Assembly: GCA_951406725.2 (NCBI GenBank)
Contig: OX597817.1
Coordinates: 75,144,001-75,208,000, forward strand
Direction: 5' to 3'
DNA from: Octopus vulgaris
Taxonomy: Eukaryota
Length of the DNA stretch: 64,000 nucleotides
Shown here: positions 53,864 to 64,000 of the stretch, piece after piece
Layout of the letters: every line of letters starts with the position of its first letter
Position numbering within the stretch: position 1 is the stretch's first letter
Notes under the pieces: generated by a model
Told to the model about the DNA's origin: nothing
What the model saw: only the letters and a program-made list of their open reading frames with translations
Databases searched by the model: none
Made by a program: the position numbers and the translations under genes

Positions 53864-56300
53864 CTCCAACTCCTTGGGATGGTAGGTGTTCTGATATAGT
53901 GGCACTGCTAGTGTTACTGCAGCTCCTTCCCATCACCATAACTGCCATTACTACTACATCTACTACTACAATGACATCCCTGCTAATTGGTTTAAAGATA
54001 TGTCACCAACTTGCATATAAGGGATGTAGTTAACTGGATTCTCCTTGGAGTTGACTAATGGTACGAGCAAAAAGGCATCGTTGATGTCTTACTGGTGATG
54101 ATGCTGTGTTCAGCTAAGCAAGCTAGCAAATATATTTGCTTCCTCACTAAGAGATGCATTAATGGAGAGAAAAGTAATATGTATGACCAAAAGTAAACAC
54201 TTAATGCCCCCACTCCCTACCCCTGTGCCCTCAATGTTTTTGATCCCAATTCTTAAGTGATTTTCTTTTTATGGTTATGTTTCTGTTACACACATACACA
54301 CACACACACTCTCACACACAACTTTGATGGATGGAACTTTATTTTTCTCCATTTTTGTTCTCTTCTTCCTTAGTTTCCAGGTATCCTCTTGAATCGGTAG
54401 AGGAGGTAAAAAAAATACTCTACTTACTCTGCCATGGGTGCCCCTCCATAAAATCTATTGAGGGAGGTTGAAGAGAGGATAGGTGATTGCAAGTAACTTT
54501 GGAGAAGTGCTATATGACAAAGGTGAAAAATCTTAATAAGCAAAACTTTTTTTTAATTCTCTCCACACCCATTTCCTTTTACCTTTACAGTTCTCGGATA
54601 TTTGCCTTATCTCTTTGTAAAATATAACTGTTGTGTTTGTTGGGGGCTTTCGGAATGGCTTGATAATATTTCTTGAAGTTCTACTTGAATTAGTATCATG
54701 AGAGTGGCTGGATTTCTTTGTTTTTTTTTTCTTTTATTATTTATATATTTTCTATGCTCTCTTTGATCAGAAAATCGTCTAGTACTAAAATGGAAAAATA
54801 AATAGTTTTAGAGGTTTAAATATTGTTTTTCTTTCTTTCTGTTAAATATTTAACTTTTTTTTTCTTTTAATAAGGGAGTGCCCTACTTTTTCTATCTGTT
54901 CCTTCTGTTCTTTTTTCTTACTTGGACTACTGCTGGCAGTAAACCTTAAGATCATCCTGGGTGTTGAACATTGTTGTTTGTAATCCCACTTTTCACTTTA
55001 TATTTTTTTTTAAGTCTCTTCCTGTTCTCGAACTATACCAATCCAGATTTGTGATTCAGTGAAATTGCAAAAAAAAAGACAAAACGGAAAAAAGAAAAAA
55101 TTTAAAATTACAATGTTTGGTATTTTAAAAATTGAATTAGATGTATTCCCTGTTTTGCTTCTTATTAAGATCTAAGTATTGAAATTATTGTTTTTGTCTT
55201 TTTATTTTCCTTATGCATGGGATCTACTTCAATTTAAAAACAAAATATTGTCAGTTATATGACTAATATTCACTTTTTATCTATCTTATCTCTGTTGGAG
55301 ATGCAATGTTCAAAAGGTAACTTGAATTTGTTCAGTATAATATATAATTCACCATTATCTGATTCATCAGAGGGATTTTACAAAACCTTAAATGTCACCT
55401 CTACCCCAAGGACTTCCTAATGTATATTTTATTATTTCCTCCCTCCCTTTCTTTCTAATTTTTTTTCTTTGCAATATCGTAAATCAAAATAATCTAATAT
55501 CTATAGCAACTGTCTTGTGCTCTCTTTTCTCTCCAATATTGCTGGTACATCCAACCACTCACTTGCCTATTTCCTGGTCAGTTAGCTCCTAATCTTTCAG
55601 CTTATCAAGTTCATTATTATTAAAGGAGGAGGGGGAAGAAGAAAAAACAAAAATCAAGCTAAACAAAAAAAAAAACTTTCTTTGTCATATAGTGCTGCCT
55701 AAGGTTGGTCAATAATCTTATTCCCTTTCTTTACCTTAGTTATCACTTCATCGGTCCATTTCTACACAAGTGGAGTTGTGATTGTGTTTCAAATGCAGGT
55801 TTTTTTTAACCAACCTGTTTGTCATAACCCTGTCTTGTATTTTGATGTCTGGAATAATTTCTAGGAAATTAAAGGAGGAGGAGCTATATACTTAATACTG
55901 CATTTAGTTAATTCATCTGTGGAATCTGACTAATAATTATATATTAGTTCATTATGTTTGGGGCTACAGTTTTGGGTTTTTTTTTTCTTTTCCCCCTATC
56001 CAGTATATTTGGCTACAAGCTAACTTTAGTATCTCCTAAAAAAAAAAAAGTCGTAGCTAGCTCTGCCTCCAATTTAGCACTCCCAAACTGTACAACTTTT
56101 ATGTTGAAATTTGCAAAATAGCAAGCTAACATAAAAAAAAAAACAGCAGAAAAACTTTAAAAAAAAAACAAAGGAAAAAGAAAAAAATCAATAAAAGAAA
56201 TTCTCGTATCATTTGTGTTATCATTCTGTTTATTATAACTGGTATTTTACATTGTTTTAATTTCAATGTATTGCTGTTTGAAATTGCTTTACTTTTAAGT
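53864..56300 (+). other. Probable long 3' UTR of KANSL1 (end uncertain)
   Basis: Follows the stop codon, is T/A-tract rich and lacks the SINE/MITE copies that are dense elsewhere. Candidate AATAAA at 54797, 56190 and 57003. Confidence 0.5.
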
Positions 56301-59300
56301 AGAGTATTCTCTGGGGTTCTAGAAATTGGTGCTGTAAGCATTAATTTGACTTTTATTTTGCTGTTTCCAGATAAATCCAATCTGCCACTCACTATCTGAT
56401 TACATCACTTATGTTGATTCCATCCCTTTTTTCTCCAACCTCCATCTGCTTGAGAGTCTTTCAACTATTAATCCTTATACATTCTTATGAACTACATGTA
56501 GTCTTCATCAGTTATGATGTTGGTAAAGTGGTTAATAGTGACCGGGGGGGGGATCTGTGCCTATGCAAGTCATTGGTAAACACCTGTAAAGATTTTGAAC
56601 GTTAAGGGTCCTGAGTTATTAGTGACCGGGATCTGGAATGGTGCGATAATATATAGGGCTAAAACTTGCTAATTTCCATCCAAATATCAATGTAATTAAT
56701 AGTTGTCAAACACATTTCACATTAAATATTCCGGTTACAAAATTATATAATTTTTTTTTCATCAATTTTGTAAACTATTTTCCTTAAATTCATTAACTCT
56801 AGTATTCACATTATTTTGGTAAATGTAATGCTTGTATAATCAAATTGTTGTGTATTAAGCATGCATTACATTGTAGCTTTGAAATTTCAATGATGTTTTT
56901 CTTTATTTTTAGAATAACATTGTAGGGTAGGTGTATGAGGCCTGATACGGTCAGTTTAAATGCTAAAAGGTTAACTAATTCATAAAGCAGTAATGATGCA
57001 AGAATAAAGTAATTGTTTTTATATCAAAGTTTTTATTAATCATACTTTCTAATTTTATTATTGTTTAATTTGTAAGGCAGGGGAGCAATACGTTTGCTGC
57101 CCTACAATTTGCAGAAAGGTTAATATTCAGAATTATTGATGCAAAGGTCTTCAAGCATTGCCTGGTGTGAATGTAGAGGTATTTGTTACTTGAATCATTA
57201 TAGTAAACAACAACCCCAGCTTCAACAAATAAAATATCTTGTAATTTTGACAAATCAGTATTTTTTTACATCAGTGTATTTTTGCTAGACTGCTAAGTTT
57301 TTGAGATACTCTAAAGCAGTGAAGCAGACAGATAAATACACATGCACACACACACATGGTGGGCTTTTGCAGTTTCCACTTGCTTACAAAGCATTGGTTG
57401 GTGTGGGGCTATAGTAGATGACACTTGCTGAAAGAAATACATAATGGATCTGAATTTGAAACCACATGGTTATCAAACGAACTCATTACAATAGAAAAAA
57501 CAAAATCTCGTTTCAGTACCTGGGCTGCTGGCATGCTAGGATCATCACCTCTAAGGGGTTTTAGGCAATTATTAAACCTCAGTACTGAGGTTTATCAATA
57601 TAAATTTATTAACGAAATGCTGAGACGAGTTACGTCCCTTCCTTATCACAAATTGTACACGCGCTGGATTGACTTCTGCAAAGTTTGTTGACGAAAGTAG
57701 TTGAAGCTATTGCATTTAACATTATAGCTGCTACATATGGGTTTGAACTCAGAACTGTAGTTGCAAAGCATACTTCTTCACTATTCATAAACTGAAATTT
57801 AAAACTGCTAGAAGCACTAGACGCAAACTGTCAACTCTTTTATTATTGTTACAGCAGCAAAAATTAAGTTGGTTTTTGGGTTCTCACCAGAATAACTGGC
57901 AGCGTTTATATATTAAAAAAAAAAAAAAATGTTGGAGGTACTTGGCTTCTGATAAATGGTTAAAACACTGAAACATTGTCTTATTTTTCTTTGTGCAAAG
58001 GAAACAAAATATATATTTTGCGTCTCTATATTTGTCTGTTTTCAAGAGAGCTTTAAAATACATTTAGATTGCTACTTTTAATTTTATTTTCGGTTTCTCA
58101 TACAAACTGTGTGCATAAATATATGTATGATATACACTAATCCCACGACTATCGCGGGTGTTACGCCCCCTCCCCCGCGATTGGTGGAAATCTGCGAAGT
58201 AGAAGCAGTACTGTGCTATATATTTTTGATTTGTATATATTTTATTATAAATGCAAAACAACACCACGGAGGAATCGACATCAGCTTAAATAATGAACAC
58301 GATATAGCAAGGGATTATCAATAATATTAATACGCTAACTTTTTGTTTTTGTACGTTCCTGTGTTGTGTGTCACACTTCAAAGAAGTGGCAAAGCGAGAG
58401 AGAGGATGTGTGACAGACAGTGAGTGGTGACGGCGTTCATTGCAAGAGAAATAAGTATACACATTGTTAAATCAGAAGAGGGGGGCACAAAGGGAGAGAG
58501 AGAGAGAGAGAGACAGTAGATACTTACACAAAGCAAATATTGGATGTCAATTTCTTTATTAACCATGAGGTTGAGAAAGAGAGGACGATACGAGGATACA
58601 CAAAAACATTGGGGTCAGAGTATCGAATGAGACGCCCCCCCCCCTCCAAAAAAAAACACAACAATTCTAGTCAGTGGCAAAGCAACAGGTAGAAAGAGAG
58701 GTGAAAACTTCCTTGTGGACTATTTGATACTTACTGTCTGCCTCTCTCTCTCTGGCCCGCTGGCTCTCTTTTTCGGCATACCAGCAAACCATAAAATCGC
58801 ACCAGCCAACATCACCTCTACCGTCAAGCCCATCATATATATATATCTATATATGATGTGTGTGTCCCACCACCATCATTGCTTCACACCGATGTTGGTG
58901 CGTTTGCGTCTCTTATTTAGCTGTTAAGCAGAAAAGACTGATAGAATAAGCACCAGGCTTACAGGAAATAAGTCCAGGGGTCAATTTCTTTGACTCACAA
59001 GGCCACCGTCAAATGAATGAAACAAGTAAACGAATAAAAGAATACCAGAAAAACGTTTCGTACCGCTAAACCAAGAAGGTCCTTTGAATATGTACGATGT
59101 ATTTTAAGGTTAAATAGTAATTCTGTTTACGTTTGTATAACAGATATTTTTGTTGGATTATAGTCATTGGTGTTACATTATTTTCTCTGTCACATAACTT
59201 TTGTAGGCCTGAATTTTTGTGGGGAGGGGGCCAGTTGATTAAATCGACTCTAGTACACAACTAGTACCTAATTTATCGAGCTCCAAAGGACGAAAGGCCA

Positions 59301-62300
59301 AGTCGACCTCAGCAGAATTTGAACTCAGAACATAAAGACAGACGGTTATAATATATAAACATTTCTCATGGCACCAGTACACTGTTTACAGATGCTTACA
59401 TTTTTTTGTTTTCTGTGAATTTTTCACGGGTCCAGCTTGTTGTATATAAATATCTATCATCAAATTAACAATGAGATATATACACAAACACAGTTACTAC
59501 CAACATATCATTTTATCACATATTAGGATTTCATCTGAAATTTAAAATCATTAGGAAAATAGGTATTTCAGTTTTCTACTATACCTTCTTGACCATATCT
59601 GCTATTTTAATGGAAGTAAGAACATATGATATTCATGCGCTTTTCAAGGATATTAATATTATATGTGTATGTATGAAAACATTTCTTCACTCAGTAATAA
59701 AAAGAATTATATTTGCATGTTCAAGTCCATCTTGGTGGCAATAATATGAAGATAATCAAATGGCATGACATGCTACCAATTCTGTTCTCCAATAACTTTC
59801 ACATGCAAGCAATAATAATGTAAAGAAGCAAAATGGCAACATCATAATTTTTATTTCCGAATAAATGTTGAAGCTATAATCTTGATACAAGATGCAATAT
59901 GTATGTATATATAATGATCACTGTAGGAGTGTATGCAGCTGTAGTAATAATTTCCAAAACTTAGTCATCACACTTTACTTTTAAACATTTCATTTAGATT
60001 GAGGTTAGCCATTATCGTGCAAACCTGTGATACACTAGCCAAGACGGTAGTGTGACTGGGGGAATACTTGACTGCTGTTTCTAGCAGCCCAATGACTGAC
60101 TAGAACAATGTTTCAATATTTTTTTGCCTCTCACTCTATTTTGATTTTTTTTAATAAAAGAAATAGAATCCACCACAGCATATATCAGGTATATATAGAT
60201 GTAGTTTTAATTAAAACTATTGCGTTCACTTTTTTGAAAGTAATCCATGCTCCACCAAAAACAGGTGGGGACATGCACTCTATCCTGAGAAGCCCTGGAA
60301 AGAAGTTCCTTCTTTGGCTTTTGGAGTGTGTTTTGTTTAATTTCTTTTCAAAAGCTTTGAAGCAAATGTTTATCAATAAACATACCTTAATGAAATATAC
60401 ACAATAAAGTCATTTTAAAGCTGTTCTGTGATTGTCAAGTACAATGTTTACAGAAGTAAAATTATATTAGAGAACAAAACTTCAAATCCAAATTATATTG
60501 AGCTATCTAATAAGGCCATAAATGAAAATAAAAAAAAATTCCGTCTTCAATGGGAAACATATTTTCATCTCTTCTGTGAAATAATAAAACCTAAAATTCA
60601 TTCTAGAGAATAAAATATTTTTTCATTGGTCAAAATCCATGTATCCTATCATTTTCAAACATAGCTAAATTCACTTTGAACAAATAAGAAGGCTGGCTAG
60701 ATCTCATAGTTACGGAATTTTTCAAGCATTGGACAGTCATCTCTTTTGTGCCATTGTGGACATTTTTCGAGTTTAGCTGGACATTCATCTGAAAGAAAAG
60801 TTTTTTTTTGTTTAAATTATCTTGCAAGATTACTTATGAAAATGTGATTAACCCGTTTGATACCGACCCGCTTGAGACCTTTTGGTTCTATGGTAAAAAC
60901 ATTTTAAATACAATTTAAATTAATATTTTCCATCAAAATTTCATAATTTATTTTCTAAACAGCAGCTTAATTACAACAAATTTACTTTACCCCTGGTTCT
61001 GTAATAGAAACTTCTACATTTGAATATGATTTAAATTAAACCCTCCCATCAAAATACCATGCTACTTTCTTTTTTAAACATCAACTCAATAATAAAGTTA
61101 CTTCACTAAATTCTTCATTATTTTCAAGATTATCATCAGAAATGTGGTAACGAAGGTGTTAATGATACAAGCTAAGCTAATAGATTTAAAACCGAATGAA
61201 TTGACAGGTACCTTGTGTTACCTTCACTTAGCTCTGTCAGTCATTTGATGTTACAGTTGGCTAAATGACAAGGTATAATTCAGATCTGTTGGTCCAATTA
61301 TACTACACCAGTTTAGAACCATATTGTGATGAATTGTAAGGAGAGCAACATGACAATCTGAACAACTATTTTTGTCACTATCCACTCTGTTTCTGTATGC
61401 ATGTAGATTCTGGTGCTGGACACAGTATAGCTGTTGCTTTTGTAACAGTGATTAAGGCTTCAGCTATTTTTTCTTTTTGGCTGGGTTAAGTAAGAAAGAT
61501 GTTTTGGGAATGCTCTCGTAATAGTTTTTACTAGGTTCTTCGGTGATAATTTTCAGTTCTAAAATCAAGTTAGTACAGAACAGATTTGTGTTGAAAATAT
61601 ATCAGGTAAATTAAAGTGTGAGTTAGGAAGATCATATATCACATACCTATGATTGAATCATTTGGTAAATTAAAACAAGTGCCCAATTAAAAGCAAAACA
61701 TTTTGTATGAGCTCTGAGCTGTGCAAGGAGTGAGTTGACACTAACATTTATCATAATCGTTTTAACATCCACTCTTCCATGGGTTTGATTGGATTTGTTG
61801 GGACAGATTTTTTATAGCTGGATGCTCTTACTGTTACCAAATAAGGTAATATTTCTCCCATAGCCATGCAGAATATGCAATACATATAAAATTTATGTAT
61901 TCAGTTGCTAATTCCACATGTACTCAGGTAGCATAAAGATGCTATTGTATGAAATGTACATGGTTTGAAACTGAATAGCAACAGTAAATTCAAAACACAT
62001 GTATGTGTAACTACACATGTTATATAATATTTAATTAGAGCATCATGGTTCTGATTTCATATCCTGCCTCTAGCTCTTACGTGTAAATAGAACATATACA
62101 GTAAGAAGCCAAACATAAAATGTGTCAAGATTCATTTTTGCCTAATTAAAAAAAAACTACATTATTGTTCCAAACAGACAGGTAAAGTATAAAAACTGGT
62201 TCATTACCTTCTGCATTGTTCTTCACTTGAAAAGGTTTAGGTTTTGTACTTGCCCAGTGCATTGACTGCAAAAATGGAATATATAAGACATTTTGGCAAG

Positions 62301-62529
62301 AGAAGAAAATGGAATGAAGTGTAGTGCCAACGTTAACTGTACATATTGGATTACAAATGATTTTATCGAAAGTTTCAAACCTCATGAAAAATAAAAATAC
62401 TGAGTGGGTGTTCTGAGCAAGGTACATAACTCTTCATATTTCCTCACAGATCTGTTAACATTTAACTAAACACGCAATTTCCAACCAAACTCTCAAGTGT
62501 TAAGTTGGGCGAAGAAAAAATATCTCTTT

Positions 62530-63722
62530 ACTCTCTTTTACTCGTTTCAGTCATTTGACTGGCCATGCTGGAGCACCGCCCTTAGTCGGGCAAATCGACC
62601 CCAGGACTTATTCTATCGGTCTCTTGCAGAATCGCTAAGTTACGGGGACGTAAACACAGCATCAGTTGTCAAGGGATGTTGGGGGGACAAACACAGACAC
62701 AAACATATATACACACATATACATATATACGACGGGCTTCTTTCAGTCCCCGTCTACCAAATCCACTCACAAGGCTTTGGTCGGCCCGAGGCTATAGTGG
62801 AAGACACTTGCCCAAGGTGCCACGCAGTGGGACAGAACCCGGAACCATGTGGTTGGTAAGCAAGCTACTTACGACACAGCCACTCCTATGCCTATAAATA
62901 AATAAAATTAAAATCCTACAAAACAAATGTTAATTTTCAGGTTTACAAACCCATCAGCTATGTCTCAAATGAAGTATCTAGTAACATTCCAACCAGTCTT
63001 AATTTTGTTTTACTCTATTTCATGTTACCCCATGTTGGAAAACGTTGGTATATTCTGGATTGGTTTTTATATTGAAGTGGAAGTAGCAAATTGCTATTCG
63101 GTTCCTTGAGCAAAAACACAAAGCAATCGTCATCATTTCAATAAATATATATATATATATTTTTTTTTTTTTATTCTACTTGTTTCGGTCATTTGATTGC
63201 AGCCATGCTGGAGCACCACCTTAAAAGGTTTTTTTTTATTTAGTCGAAGAAAACCCTGGGACATTCTTTGTAAGCCTAGTACTTATACTATCAGGCTTTA
63301 TTGCTGAACTGGTAAGTTATGGGGATGTAAACACACTAACATCGGTTGGGGAAAACAGACACACACACATACATATGTATGTACATTTACGACAGGCTTC
63401 TTTCAGTTTCCGTCTACCAAATCCACTCACAAGGCTTTGGTCAGCCCGAGGCTATAGTAGACACTTGCCCAAGGTGCCACACAGTGGGACTGAACCCGGA
63501 ACCATGTGGTTGGTAAGCAAGCTACTTACCATACAGCCACTCCTATGCCTTCTCATATATACACGATGAGCTTCTTTCAGTTTCCAATCTACCAAATCCA
63601 CTAACAAGGCTTTGTTTGGCCTGAGGCTGTAGTAGAAGACACATGCTCAAGGTGCCATGCAGTGGGACTGAACCTAGAACCATGTGGTTGGGAAGCAAAC
63701 TTCTTACCACACAGCCATCTCG
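62530..63722 (-). mobile_element. Cluster of three same-orientation copies of that SINE (62530-62888, 63175-63548, 63560-63722)
   Basis: Repeated TCTACCAAATCCACTCACAAGGCTTTGGTC...GAACCCGGAACCATGTGGTTGGTAAGCAAGCTACTTAC; the last two copies are head-to-tail. Confidence 0.88.
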
Positions 63723-64000
63723 GCATCTATAGATAGTTTTGCAGTAAACTAAATTTGATATATTGATTTCATTTAGATACATAGTTCTAGTTGAGACAAA
63801 ATGATGGGGCTGTGACATTTATTCCTTTCCTAAAAGTGAAATACTTGTTCAACCTGAACCCAACCACCATCCAACAGATTTATAATCAAAAATTTTTTAT
63901 ATGTTATCATCATCGTATTTTAACATCCACTTTTTGTGCTCGCATAGGTTGGATGGAATTTGTTGAGGTGGGTTTTCTATGGCCAGATGCCCTTCTTGTC

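Noticed and set aside
62497-63569. Recurrent peptide LPNPLTRLWSARGYS...HLPKVPHSGTEPGTMWLVSKLLT (also at 23111-23413) as a gene family
   Set aside because: It is the antisense translation of a high-copy SINE head, with different starts and ends in each copy.

Overview
AT-rich, microsatellite- and SINE-rich animal DNA. The repeat families resemble those I recall from octopus genomes (inference, no search run). The window holds the 3' part of one + strand gene, KANSL1/NSL1 (KAT8/MOF NSL-complex scaffold). It has seven coding exons: 27713-28494, 42669-42765, 48951-49033, 49398-49589, 50609-50879, 51422-51611 and 52742-53863. All have canonical AG/GT boundaries and compatible phases, giving about 911 codons in the window, including the WDR5-binding WIN motif and the PEHE domain. 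No earlier exon was recognised, so 1-27712 is probably one large intron. The rest is transposon-derived: Helitrons (one with a decayed RepHel N-terminus), a decayed DD37D (maT) transposon, piggyBac-, hAT- and Tc1-type MITEs, RTE-LINE fragments and many tRNA-derived SINEs. Almost all short ORFs in the track are noise. The main observations are (1) a sense-strand Penelope-type hammerhead ribozyme motif inside a ~95-bp inverted repeat that could sequester it, (2) an 81-bp tandem duplication of a KANSL1 exon end creating a second in-frame splice donor, (3) a tandem Helitron-end duplication preserving the empty site of a nested Helitron, and (4) a duplication-inversion creating a ~205-bp intronic inverted repeat. 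I found nothing I can honestly call a new gene system; these are local structures worth testing.
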